Source: Acidimicrobiales bacterium
GTDB lineage: Bacteria; Actinomycetota; Acidimicrobiia; Acidimicrobiales; Bin134
Assembly (NCBI GenBank): GCA_965231915.1
Contig: OZ246892.1
Span: 2,699,247-2,763,246, forward strand
Direction of reading: 5' to 3'
DNA length: 64,000 nucleotides
Positions 14,817 through 24,365 of the stretch are shown in pieces. A model generated the notes under the pieces. The model was not told the origin of the DNA and searched no databases. It saw nothing but the letters and a program-made list of their open reading frames with translations. Both the position numbers and the translations under genes were made by a program. Numbering within the stretch: the stretch's first letter is position 1; each line of letters opens with the position of its first letter.

Positions 14817-17045
14817 GTGGCCGAAGTGACCACCACGAATGACTCTGCGGCTGATTCGTCGCCAACACAAGACGAGCGATTAGCCCACCGAGGTCCAGTC
14901 CAGCAGCTGTTGACCAGGCCCGAGATCGGTGCCCTTATCGGCGCAGTCGGGGTCTGGCTGTTGTTCTGGCTGGTTTCGGCGCCGTTCGGAACCGCAGGCG
15001 GAACGGCCAACTACTTGGACGTGGCCGCAATCCTCGGCCTGATGGCAGTTCCAGTGGCCCTGTTGATGATCGGGGGTGAATTCGACCTTTCCTCGGGCTC
15101 CATGACCGGCGCCACCGCGGTGATCGTGATCCTGTTGAGCAGCGACACCGCTGAGCTGGGCGGTGCCGGGCTAAGCCTTCACCTCGCGGTGCCCCTCTCG
15201 CTGGCCTTTGCTCTGGCCATCGGCTGGTTCAACGGGACGCTGGTGGACAAAACCTCGCTGCCCAGTTTCATCGTCACCCTGGGCACTTTCTTCATCCTCA
15301 TAGGGGCCAAGCTTGGATTCACCAAGCTGTTCACCAACAAGGTGATCGCCGAAGGTCTCGACAAGTCGGGCGGCTACGAGTTCTGGAACAACATCTTCGG
15401 CGCCACCTGGATCAGGAATGGCCACGTCTGGGACGACCGAGACTGGGCGTGGGGCGGCCTGCTCATTATCGGCGCGGTCGTTTTGATCTTGGGCACCATG
15501 GAGTTGGCCTATGCCCGACGCGAGAAGCCCAACATGGGCGGATACCTGGTCTCGGCAATCGGCACGGCCGTCGGTGCCCTCGGCTTCATCCTGCTGCTCA
15601 ACCAGGACAGCAAGAGCTCAAACTGGGTATTCGGAATCGTCACCGGAGCGGGTGTGCTGGTGGCGGTGGCTGGTTGGTGCCTGGCCCGCTATGTGCCAGC
15701 CGAGCGGGAATCAGCTCCATCAGAACACGACCCGCGGGTGGCCCAATTCCTGATCGCCGGGGTCGTAGCCATCGTTGGGGCCATTTTGATCGCCGCTGTC
15801 ATGGACCCAGAAAATTCCGATCGCCTCGACTTTTTGACCGGCACGCCAGGACGCGCCGTGCTGGCCATCGGAATCGGGGCTACCGGCGTCTTGGCCGTCC
15901 TGGCCGCTCTGGGACGAGTCAGTGTGGGATATCCGGCTATCGGTGCCTTCGTCGCCCTCATCCCCGGCGTCAGCTACATGATCACCGTGCAGGGCGCCCG
16001 AGCCATCCTCTTTGGCATCTTGGCCATTGCGGGGGTGGTGCTGCTCAGCGTGGCCGCCCGGCACCGCGGGCTGGCGGCGGTGTTCACCCTGCTTACCTCG
16101 GTGGGAATTGTGATTCTGGCCTTTTTCATTCAGTCGGAAGCCGGTTCCCGAAAACTCCGGGTAGAGCTGTTCACCGCGCTGCTGCTGATCGCCCTCCTCC
16201 TGGCCGCCTCCGCCGTCTCCCGGCTAATCGCTGCTCGGCGCACCTCGGCCCCACCACCACCGGTGCACGGCCCGCTAGCCAGGCAAATCGGGACCGTGCT
16301 CGGGTTGGCCGCCGGACTCGTATCATTGATCCTGGAATTGGCCGACAGCGACGGCATCCTCTACAGCATCATCATGGCGGTGGCCAAAGGAGGCATCGTC
16401 GCCTTCGCAGTCTTTGCCATAGCCACCCTCTACCGCACCTTGTTCACCCACGACGAGAGCGTGGGCCGATCGCTGGTCTTTGTCGGACTTGGCTCGGTAA
16501 TGCTGGGCCTTGCGGCCAAGCTGATGTTCATTACTAGTGAGGAACTGGCCATTACCCGGGCCCAAACCCGGTTCGGCGTTGGCGTAATGCTGTTTTTGGC
16601 CTTTGCGGTGCTTGGTGCGTGGGTTCTGGCCCGCACCCAGTTCGGCAACTGGATCTTCGCGGTGGGCGGCAACAAAGACGCCTCCCGCTCGGTGGGTGTG
16701 CCCGCGGCCCGCACCAAGACCACGCTGTTCATGCTGGTGTCGGCGTCGGCCTGGATCACCGGCATGGTGATCGCCTTCCGGCTCAACTCAGTGCAGGCCA
16801 ACGTGGGCGACGGAAACGAGTTCCGCTACATCATCGTGGCCGTGGTCGGCGGCTGTCTGCTCACCGGCGGCTACGGATCGGCCATCGGTGCCGCAATCGG
16901 CGCGGTGATCTGGGGCATGATCACCTCCGGCATCGGCTTCGCCACCTGGAACAGCGACTGGCGATTCCTAGTGCTGGGCGCCCTGCTGCTGGTGGCGGTG
17001 CTGGTGAACAACTACGTGCGCTCGCAAGCGGAGAAGGTCCGATGA
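14817..17045 (+). CDS. ABC transporter permease, CUT2/RbsC-like, with a roughly 400-aa polytopic insertion
   Basis: 742 aa. The N-terminal part ([47 protein letters not shown]) and the C-terminal part ([34 protein letters not shown]) match a normal ~330-aa RbsC-type permease. About aa 215-600 is extra hydrophobic helices. Confidence 0.85.
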   Translation: MAEVTTTNDSAADSSPTQDERLAHRGPVQQLLTRPEIGALIGAVGVWLLFWLVSAPFGTAGGTANYLDVAAILGLMAVPVALLMIGGEFDLSSGSMTGATAVIVILLSSDTAELGGAGLSLHLAVPLSLAFALAIGWFNGTLVDKTSLPSFIVTLGTFFILIGAKLGFTKLFTNKVIAEGLDKSGGYEFWNNIFGATWIRNGHVWDDRDWAWGGLLIIGAVVLILGTMELAYARREKPNMGGYLVSAIGTAVGALGFILLLNQDSKSSNWVFGIVTGAGVLVAVAGWCLARYVPAERESAPSEHDPRVAQFLIAGVVAIVGAILIAAVMDPENSDRLDFLTGTPGRAVLAIGIGATGVLAVLAALGRVSVGYPAIGAFVALIPGVSYMITVQGARAILFGILAIAGVVLLSVAARHRGLAAVFTLLTSVGIVILAFFIQSEAGSRKLRVELFTALLLIALLLAASAVSRLIAARRTSAPPPPVHGPLARQIGTVLGLAAGLVSLILELADSDGILYSIIMAVAKGGIVAFAVFAIATLYRTLFTHDESVGRSLVFVGLGSVMLGLAAKLMFITSEELAITRAQTRFGVGVMLFLAFAVLGAWVLARTQFGNWIFAVGGNKDASRSVGVPAARTKTTLFMLVSASAWITGMVIAFRLNSVQANVGDGNEFRYIIVAVVGGCLLTGGYGSAIGAAIGAVIWGMITSGIGFATWNSDWRFLVLGALLLVAVLVNNYVRSQAEKVR

Positions 17046-17097
17046 CCAGTTCTTCGCAAACCGTTCGGACAACCAAAACCCTCAAGGAGGTCTGCTG

Positions 17098-17877
17098 ATG
17101 GCTGAATTCCTCGAACTCAACAACATCTCGAAGTTCTACGGGAACATCATCGCCCTCACCGGGGTCACCACCACGGTGAACCCTGGTGAGGTCACATGCG
17201 TGCTCGGTGACAACGGCGCGGGCAAGTCCACCTTCATCAAGATCCTGGCCGGCGTGCACCAGCACGACGAGGGCACGCTGCTTATGGAAGGCCAGGAGGT
17301 GAAATTCAACTCGCCCCGCGAAGCTCTTGGTCGAGGCATTGCCACCGTGTACCAGGATCTGGCCATCGTCCCGCTTATGTCGGTATGGCGGAACTTTTTC
17401 CTCGGAGCGGAGCCCAAGACTGGGATTTGGCCCTTCCGCCAGATCGACATCGAAGGTGCTAAGCGAATCGCCAAAGAGGAGATGGGCAAGATGGGCATCG
17501 ACATCCGCGATGTCGAGCAACCCGTGGGCACGCTTTCCGGCGGCGAGCGGCAGTCGGTGGCCATCGCCCGGGCCAGCTACTTCGGGGCCCGGGTGCTGAT
17601 CCTCGACGAGCCCACTTCGGCACTGGGAGTGAAGCAGTCCGGTGTAGTGCTGCGGCGGATCATCGAGGCCCGTGACCAGGGATTGGCGGTGGTGTTCATC
17701 ACCCACAATCCCAACCACGCCTATCCGGTGGGTGACCGCTTTGTGATCCTCAACCGGGGCCAGTCCATGGGCAACTGGGCAAAGGAGGATTTGTCCCAGG
17801 CCGAGCTGACCCAGCTCATGGCCGGCGGCGCCGAACTAGATGCCCTCCAACACGAACTGGCCCAGGCCGGCGCATAG
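17098..17877 (+). CDS. ABC transporter ATP-binding protein (single nucleotide-binding domain, FrcA-like)
   Basis: Walker [10 protein letters not shown], signature LSGGERQ, Walker B VLILDEPT and an H-loop ITHN. 259 aa. Confidence 0.93.
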   Translation: MAEFLELNNISKFYGNIIALTGVTTTVNPGEVTCVLGDNGAGKSTFIKILAGVHQHDEGTLLMEGQEVKFNSPREALGRGIATVYQDLAIVPLMSVWRNFFLGAEPKTGIWPFRQIDIEGAKRIAKEEMGKMGIDIRDVEQPVGTLSGGERQSVAIARASYFGARVLILDEPTSALGVKQSGVVLRRIIEARDQGLAVVFITHNPNHAYPVGDRFVILNRGQSMGNWAKEDLSQAELTQLMAGGAELDALQHELAQAGA

Positions 17878-17909
17878 AGGTTCATTCGGGCCACAACTAG
17901 CATCTCTGC

Positions 17910-18893
17910 GTGGCTGAAACCCAGGCGACCTATCTTGAGGTGCTGACCATCGGGCGGGTCAGCGTCGATCTGTACCCCCAGCAGAGCGGCGTGCCACTGA
18001 GCAAGGTCCAGACCTTCTACAAGTCGATAGGCGGCTCCCCCACCAACGTGGCTGTTGCCTGCGCCCGGCTGGGCCGACGGGCCGCGGTGGTGACCCGGGT
18101 GGGCGATGACGGCTTCGGCGAGTACATCCGCGCTGAGCTGGCCGGAAAGTTCGGCGTGGACAACCGCTACGTGTCCACCGACCCCGAACTGCGCACCGCG
18201 CTGGCCTTCTGCGCTCTCGACCCTCCCACCGATCCGCCGCTGTTGTTCTACCGCGAGCCCCGAGGCCCGGAGATGAACTTGCTGCCTTCTGACATCCCCG
18301 ATCTCGCCGCCACTGTGCCGGTGCTGTGGACCGCTGGTTCCCGCTTCGCCCAAGAGCCATCCCGCTCAACCGTGATGGAAGTGCTGAATCAGCGCAATCG
18401 CCGCCCCCACACCGTGCTCGACTTGGACTATCGGCCCAGCTTCTGGGCATCCCCTCAAGAGGCCGGCGCCCACATCAGCCAGGCCGTGGATTTAGCCACC
18501 GTGGCGGTGGGCAACCGCACCGAGTGCGAGATCGCCGTCGGCACCGCCGATCCCCATGCCGCCGCCGATCGGCTGCTGGAGCGAGGGGTGTCGCTGGCCA
18601 TCGTCAAGCAAGGGGCCGACGGGGTGCTGGTGGCTACCCCCGAGTCCCGAGCCGAGGTGCTCCCCAAGATGGTGGAAGTGGTGTGCGGTCTGGGGGCTGG
18701 CGACGCTTTCGGCGGGTCGCTGGCCGACGGGCTGCTGACCGGCCTCGACCCGGTGGAAATCGTCACCCGGGCCAACGCTGCTGGGGCTATTGTGGCCGGT
18801 CGCCTGGCCTGTTCCGACGCCATGCCCACGCCCGGGGAGATTGACGAGATGTTGGCTCGAGAACATACCGATTCATCGGAATCGCCGGCATGA
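17910..18893 (+). CDS. iolC: 5-dehydro-2-deoxygluconokinase (PfkB family)
   Basis: LTIGRVSVDLYPQQSGVPLSKVQTFYKSIGGSPTNVAV is an IolC-type N-terminus. The C-terminal GAGDAFGG is the PfkB motif. The gene is in iol context. Confidence 0.85.
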   Translation: MAETQATYLEVLTIGRVSVDLYPQQSGVPLSKVQTFYKSIGGSPTNVAVACARLGRRAAVVTRVGDDGFGEYIRAELAGKFGVDNRYVSTDPELRTALAFCALDPPTDPPLLFYREPRGPEMNLLPSDIPDLAATVPVLWTAGSRFAQEPSRSTVMEVLNQRNRRPHTVLDLDYRPSFWASPQEAGAHISQAVDLATVAVGNRTECEIAVGTADPHAAADRLLERGVSLAIVKQGADGVLVATPESRAEVLPKMVEVVCGLGAGDAFGGSLADGLLTGLDPVEIVTRANAAGAIVAGRLACSDAMPTPGEIDEMLAREHTDSSESPA

Positions 18894-19855
18894 GTGGTGC
18901 AGACCAGCGCCTTCGCATCTGGATCGACCGCACTCCCCCGCCTGGAGTGGTGATTCCCCCTGATGTGGTGTTGGTGGATGGCCCAGAACACGCCGACGGC
19001 GTGGTGGTGGCCGCTGATCGGCCCTGGGACGACGATGCCTGCCACCGGCTGCCCAACCTCAAGGTGGTGGCCCGCTCGGGCATCGGCTACGACAACGTTG
19101 ACGTCGCCGCCTGCGCCGCCCACGGCGTGGCGGCCTGCAACACGCCCGACGCCCCCACGGTTTCTACCGCTGAGCACGCTCTGGCGCTGATGCTGGCGGT
19201 GACCAAGCGACTCAAGAGCTCCGAGGCACGCCTGGCTGCTGGCACCGCGGGGGGACCCGGCAGACTCGCCAGCCCCGGCGCGCTGGAGCTCGATGGTCGC
19301 ACTCTGGGCCTGGTGGGATGCGGGCGAATCGGCAGCCTTCTGGGGCGCTATGCCGAGGCATTGGGGATGACCGTGCTGGTCTGCGACCCCTACATCGACA
19401 CTGCTCCAGCGGGCGTGTTGGTCGGCATTGACCAGCTTTGGTCAGAAGCCGAAGTGGTCTCGCTCCATGCCCCGGCCACCCCGGAGACTCGCCATATCAT
19501 CAACGCGGCCTCGCTGGCGGCCATGCGGACCGGAGTGATCATCGTCAACTGCGCCCGGGGTGCGCTGGTGGACCAAGATGCCCTGTTGGCCGCCCTCGAC
19601 TCAGGCCATGTGGGCGGCGCAGGCCTCGACGTCACCGAACCCGAGCCGTTGCCCCCCGACCATCCGCTGCTAGGGCGCGAGAACGTGGTGGTCACCCCCC
19701 ATGTGGCCTCCACTACCACGGTGGGCATTGTCAGGCTGGTAGGGCAGGCTCTGGATCAGGCCCTCATCTGGCTGAGAGGCGGTAACCCCGAGCACTTGCT
19801 CAATGCTGCCGCGGCCCATCCAGGAGTAGACCGCCGCTTCAAGGCCGGTTCATGA
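18890..19855 (+). CDS. D-isomer-specific 2-hydroxyacid dehydrogenase family protein
   Basis: GLVGCGRIGS is the NAD-binding motif, with VNCARG and TPHVAS catalytic-region motifs. It overlaps both neighbours by 4 nt. Confidence 0.85.
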   Translation: MSGADQRLRIWIDRTPPPGVVIPPDVVLVDGPEHADGVVVAADRPWDDDACHRLPNLKVVARSGIGYDNVDVAACAAHGVAACNTPDAPTVSTAEHALALMLAVTKRLKSSEARLAAGTAGGPGRLASPGALELDGRTLGLVGCGRIGSLLGRYAEALGMTVLVCDPYIDTAPAGVLVGIDQLWSEAEVVSLHAPATPETRHIINAASLAAMRTGVIIVNCARGALVDQDALLAALDSGHVGGAGLDVTEPEPLPPDHPLLGRENVVVTPHVASTTTVGIVRLVGQALDQALIWLRGGNPEHLLNAAAAHPGVDRRFKAGS

Positions 19856-21027
19856 CTTCTCGGCGACGACTCGGGCTGGCGGTGGTGGGCTTCGGCTGGA
19901 TGGGCCAAGCCCACTCCCGCTCGTATCTGCGCCTGCCCACCCTGTTTGAGGACCGCGCCTACGACGTTGAATTGGTGATCTGCTCCGACAACGTGGAATC
20001 CCGCCGCCACATCGCCCAAAGCGACTTCGGTTTCCGAGAGGTTGCCGAACACTGGAGCCCCGCGATCGAGCACCCTGACGTCGACATTGTGGCCATATGC
20101 GCTCCCAACATGCTTCACGAAACTCTGGTCATCGCAGCCGCAGAGGCCGGGAAGCACATGTTCTGCGAAAAGCCGGTGGGGGGAACCCCCAGTCAGACCG
20201 CTAGAGCCGAAAGGGCCTGCCGCCAGGCGGGGGTCATCAATGGCGTGGGCTACAACTACCGCTTCGCCCCACTGGTGCTCTACGCCCAAGAGCTCATCGC
20301 CAACGGCGAGCTCGGCCCGATCACCAATTATCGGGGCCGATTCTTTTCCATGTACGGGGCCGATCCGATGGGCTTGCTCTCGTGGCGCTTTCTGATCGAC
20401 CAGGCCGGACACGGCGCCACCACCGACATCATGAGCCATGCCGTTGACTTGGCCCTGATGCTCAACGGTCCCATCTCGCGGGTGGTGGGTATCGGGGAGA
20501 CCTTTATCAAAGAGCGCCCGCTGCCGTCTGGAACAGGCACGCACTACGACCGGGGCCGTCCGGGCGACCCGACCGGCGAAGTCACCAACGAGGACTACTT
20601 CGGGGCGCTGGCCGTGTTCGCCAACGGCAGCCACGGGATCTTCGAGGCCAGCCGGGCCATCGTCGGCCCCCAAAGCCAGATGGCCTTTGACGTCTACGGA
20701 ACCGAGGGCGCGCTGAGCTGGAACCATGAGACATTGAACGAGCTCCAGATGTTCCGGTCGTCTGATCCACAGCAGGGCTACACCACCGTGCGGGCCAGCG
20801 AGCGCCACCCCTTTCACGGCGCCTTCGTTCCCGGAGATGCCAACTCCATCGGCTTCGAGGACATGGTGGCCATCCAAGACCATGAGTTCCTCACCGCGGT
20901 GGCCGAGGGTCGGCCCCACAGCGCAGGCATGGAGCAGGCGCTGTCCTGCGTGAGCGTGCAAGCGGCCATGCTCAAGAGCTGGGAGACCGGCACCTGGGAA
21001 GATGTGGTATCGCTGAGGATCGACTGA
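19852..21027 (+). CDS. Gfo/Idh/MocA family oxidoreductase
   Basis: The N-terminal Rossmann region is LGLAVVGFGWMGQAHS. The EKP motif reads FCEKPVG. 391 aa. Confidence 0.85.
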   Translation: MTSRRRLGLAVVGFGWMGQAHSRSYLRLPTLFEDRAYDVELVICSDNVESRRHIAQSDFGFREVAEHWSPAIEHPDVDIVAICAPNMLHETLVIAAAEAGKHMFCEKPVGGTPSQTARAERACRQAGVINGVGYNYRFAPLVLYAQELIANGELGPITNYRGRFFSMYGADPMGLLSWRFLIDQAGHGATTDIMSHAVDLALMLNGPISRVVGIGETFIKERPLPSGTGTHYDRGRPGDPTGEVTNEDYFGALAVFANGSHGIFEASRAIVGPQSQMAFDVYGTEGALSWNHETLNELQMFRSSDPQQGYTTVRASERHPFHGAFVPGDANSIGFEDMVAIQDHEFLTAVAEGRPHSAGMEQALSCVSVQAAMLKSWETGTWEDVVSLRID

Positions 21028-21040
21028 AGGGAGGCGGGCC

Positions 21041-22924
21041 ATGGAAACCATCCGCTTGACGACCACCGGGGCCGTGGTGCGCTATCTGGCTGCCCAGCGC
21101 ATCGAGGTCGATGGCCAAACCGTGCCCCTGTTCGGCGGGGTGTTCGCCATCTTCGGACACGGGAATGTCACCTGTTTGGGCCATGCACTGGAGCAGGCCG
21201 GTGATGCACTGCCCACCTGGCGGGGCCAGAACGAACAGGGCATGGCCCTGGCCGCGGTGGCCTATGCCAAAGCCAACCGCCGCCGCCGCATTATGGCCGC
21301 CACCAGCTCCATCGGCCCCGGCGCCACCAACATGGTGACCGCGGCTGCGGTGGCCATGGCCAACCGGATGCCGCTGCTGCTGCTGGCCGGCGACACCTTC
21401 AACAGCCGCGTCCCTGACCCCGTGCTCCAACAGGTCGAGCACTTTGGCAATCCGACACTCACCGTCAACGACGCCTTCCGGCCCGTGGTGCGCTTCTGGG
21501 ACCGCATCACCTCTCCCGAGCAGCTTGTCCATTCACTGCCCAACGCCATCGGCACCATGCTCGATCCCGGCGACTGCGGCCCGGCCTTCATAAGCCTCCC
21601 TCAAGACGTCCAGGGGGATGCCTACGACTTCCCCACCCGTTTCTTCGCGGAAACCGTCCATGAGATCCGACGCCCCCGACCCGACACCGGCGAGCTCCGC
21701 CGGGCCGCCGCTGCCCTGATCGCAGCCCAGCGGCCGCTGATCGTGGCCGGCGGCGGCGTCCACTGGTCGCTGGCCGAGGACGAGCTCCGGGCCTTCGCCG
21801 AACAGCACAACATCCCGGTGGTGGAAACGGTGGCTGGACGCACATCCTTGGTGGCCGACCACCCGCTCAACTGCGGCCCCATCGGCGTCACCGGCTGCAC
21901 CTCAGCCAACGCCATGGCCGCCGAAGCCGACGTGGTACTGGCGGTGGGCACCCGTCTGGGCGACTTCGTCACTGGATCATGGACGGTGTTCGGCGGGGGC
22001 GACGACGTCCAGGTCATCGGCCTGAACGCGGCCCGTTTCGACGCCACCAAGCATCGCTCGCTGCCGCTGGTGGCCGATGCCCGCGAGGGCCTCGCCGAAC
22101 TCGGCGCTGCGCTGGGCGACTACCGGGCCCCCGAGGAATGGTCCGACCGGGCTTCTTCTGAGACTTCGCAGTACCACGCCTACATCGACAAGATCGCCGC
22201 CCCTGAAGCGGTGGCGTCGACCGAACAATCCACCGATGGCGCGGACGACGATCTGCCCACCTATGCCCAGGTTGTGGGGGTGGTGGACCGAGCCGCCGAC
22301 GAGTCCACCTACGTGTTGGCTGCCGCCGGCGGTTTCCCCGGCGAGCTGGTGAATGGGTGGCGGGGCCAGGTCGTTCACTCCTTCGACTGCGAGTATGGCT
22401 ACTCCTGCATGGGCTATGAGATCTCCGGGGGGTGGGGGGCCAAGATGGCGCTGCCCGACCGGGAAGTGGTGGTGCTGGTGGGCGATGGCTCCTACCTCAT
22501 GATGAACAGCGACCTCTACAGCACCGTTCTCACCGGCCACAAACTCATCGTCATCGTGTGCGACAACGGCGGCTATGCCGTGATCAACCGCTTGCAGATG
22601 GCCCAGGGCGGCGTTCCGTTCAACAACCTCATCGCCGACTCCCGGGTAAAGGACGTGACCGCGGTGGATTTCGCGGCCCACGCCGCATCGATGGGCTGCG
22701 AAGCCGAGACGGTGACCACCATTGCCGAGCTCGAGGCGGCTTTTGGCAGGGCCCGGGCCGCTGACCGCACCTATGTGATCGCACTGAACACCCATGCCTA
22801 CCGCTGGACCGAGGGCGGGTCGTTCTGGGAGGTGGGCGTACCCGAGGTGAGCACCAGCCCCGATGTGCGGGCCGCCCGTGAAGAAATGGATGCCGGCAAA
22901 GCCGACCAGCGGGTGGGATGGTGA
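21041..22924 (+). CDS. iolD: 3D-(3,5/4)-trihydroxycyclohexane-1,2-dione acylhydrolase (ThDP-dependent)
   Basis: RLTTTGAVVRYLAAQRIEVDGQTVPLFGGVFAIFGHGNV is an IolD-type N-terminus. The ThDP motif is GDGSYLMMNSDL...NGGY. 627 aa. Confidence 0.92.
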   Translation: METIRLTTTGAVVRYLAAQRIEVDGQTVPLFGGVFAIFGHGNVTCLGHALEQAGDALPTWRGQNEQGMALAAVAYAKANRRRRIMAATSSIGPGATNMVTAAAVAMANRMPLLLLAGDTFNSRVPDPVLQQVEHFGNPTLTVNDAFRPVVRFWDRITSPEQLVHSLPNAIGTMLDPGDCGPAFISLPQDVQGDAYDFPTRFFAETVHEIRRPRPDTGELRRAAAALIAAQRPLIVAGGGVHWSLAEDELRAFAEQHNIPVVETVAGRTSLVADHPLNCGPIGVTGCTSANAMAAEADVVLAVGTRLGDFVTGSWTVFGGGDDVQVIGLNAARFDATKHRSLPLVADAREGLAELGAALGDYRAPEEWSDRASSETSQYHAYIDKIAAPEAVASTEQSTDGADDDLPTYAQVVGVVDRAADESTYVLAAAGGFPGELVNGWRGQVVHSFDCEYGYSCMGYEISGGWGAKMALPDREVVVLVGDGSYLMMNSDLYSTVLTGHKLIVIVCDNGGYAVINRLQMAQGGVPFNNLIADSRVKDVTAVDFAAHAASMGCEAETVTTIAELEAAFGRARAADRTYVIALNTHAYRWTEGGSFWEVGVPEVSTSPDVRAAREEMDAGKADQRVGW

Positions 22925-22937
22925 AGCCGGAGGGTCG

Positions 22938-24365
22938 ATGGCCGTAACCACCCGCGACTACCGAGTCGGCGGCCCTGAGGCCGATCGAGCCGCAGCCGCG
23001 GGACTCGTAGAGGCCGAGTGGTTCCGCCCGCCGATTGACCCCGAGCGCCTGCGCCAACTCCAGGTTCGGGGGAACGCGCGGGCCGCCATCGACACCATCG
23101 CGTGGCTCGGCCTGCTCGCCGGGTTCGGCTACTTGGCCTTCATCTCGCTGGGCACCTGGTGGGCGCTTCCGGCCTTTGCCGCCTATGGCGCCCTCTACGG
23201 CGGCGCCGGCGATTCCCGCTGGCACGAGTGCGGCCACGGCACCGCCTTCGAGTCCAAGTGGCTCAACGACGTGGTGTACTACCTGGCCTCGTTCATGCTT
23301 CTGCGCCAGCCCACCCTGTGGCGCTGGTCGCACGTCCGCCACCACACCGACACCATCGTGGTGGGCCGCGACGCCGAGATCATCTTCCCCCGTCCTTCCA
23401 CTCCTGCCTCAATTGCGCTGCTGTTCGTGCCGGTGCTGAACGTGCCCAATATGGTGGTGCGCTCGGCCAAGCACGCAATCGGACGTATTGACGACGAGGC
23501 CCGTTCCTTCATCCCCGCCGACGAGCTCCCCAAGCTGAAGTGGGAATCCCGGGCTTACATCGCCATTCTCGCCGGGACAACGGCCTGGTCGGTGGCGACT
23601 TGGACCATCGTGCCCTTGCTCTACGTCGGCCTGCCCACCGTCTACGGCGCCTGGTTGATGATCTTCTTCGCCATCACCCAGCACGCCGGGCTGCGGGAGG
23701 ACGTGCTGGACCACCGCCTCAACACCCGAACCGTTTACATGAATCCCGTATTCCGGTTCTTGTACTCAAACATGAATTACCACGTTGAGCACCACATCTT
23801 CCCCACCGTGCCCTACTACGCCCTGCCCGCGCTGCACCAGGAGGTTAAGGGCTACCTAACTCCAGCAGACCCCAACACCTTGAGTGCCTACCGGGGCATC
23901 TTGTCCACCCTGCGCCGCCAATGGCGCGACCCGGCCTACGACGAACCCCGCGACGACGTGCCCGCGGTGCCCGACGCCGCCCGCACCTTCGTCAACACCG
24001 GCCACACCGTGTGGGCCGGAGGCCGCCACGACGGCCTGTTCGACCTCGGCCCGGCCAACGCGCTGAGTCCCGGATCGGCCCGCCAGGTAGATGTGGGCGA
24101 CGAGGCCTACGCCCTGTTCCGCTTGGGCGACGGCACCCTGGTTTGCACCGAGGGCTTGTGTACCCACGGGCAGGCCTACCTGGCCGAGGGGGTGGTAATG
24201 GGCTGCGAGGTGGAATGTCCCAAGCACAACGGCCGCTTCGACCTCCGCACAGGAGCCGCAGTGCGTCTTCCGGCCACCGACCCCATAGCCTTGTACCCGG
24301 TGGAAATACGAAACGGCCGAGTGGTCTCCAGCCTGCGACCCCCATCTGAGGAGGTCAGCTCGTGA
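22938..24365 (+). CDS. Membrane fatty-acid-desaturase-family di-iron protein fused to a C-terminal Rieske [2Fe-2S] domain
   Basis: The three His boxes are HECGH, HVRHH and HVEHH, with hydrophobic helices between them. The C-terminal CTHGQAYLAEGVVMGCEVECPKHNG matches CxH...CxxH. The ATG at 22938 follows an AGGG-containing RBS, 14 nt after the iolD stop. The stop overlaps the iolG start. Confidence 0.85.
   Translation: MAVTTRDYRVGGPEADRAAAAGLVEAEWFRPPIDPERLRQLQVRGNARAAIDTIAWLGLLAGFGYLAFISLGTWWALPAFAAYGALYGGAGDSRWHECGHGTAFESKWLNDVVYYLASFMLLRQPTLWRWSHVRHHTDTIVVGRDAEIIFPRPSTPASIALLFVPVLNVPNMVVRSAKHAIGRIDDEARSFIPADELPKLKWESRAYIAILAGTTAWSVATWTIVPLLYVGLPTVYGAWLMIFFAITQHAGLREDVLDHRLNTRTVYMNPVFRFLYSNMNYHVEHHIFPTVPYYALPALHQEVKGYLTPADPNTLSAYRGILSTLRRQWRDPAYDEPRDDVPAVPDAARTFVNTGHTVWAGGRHDGLFDLGPANALSPGSARQVDVGDEAYALFRLGDGTLVCTEGLCTHGQAYLAEGVVMGCEVECPKHNGRFDLRTGAAVRLPATDPIALYPVEIRNGRVVSSLRPPSEEVSS

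Noticed and set aside
15449-16537. 362-aa Arg/Gly/Pro-rich plus-strand ORF in another frame of the giant permease
   Set aside because: I considered it as a possible sign that the 742-aa permease is a mis-joined frame. However, the permease frame is continuously hydrophobic-helical, whereas this frame is Arg/Pro junk.
19756-21066. 436-aa minus-strand ORF antisense to the Gfo/Idh/MocA gene
   Set aside because: It is antisense to a gene with clear Rossmann and EKP motifs. Its composition (Gly/His/Val/Ala runs) is not protein-like.
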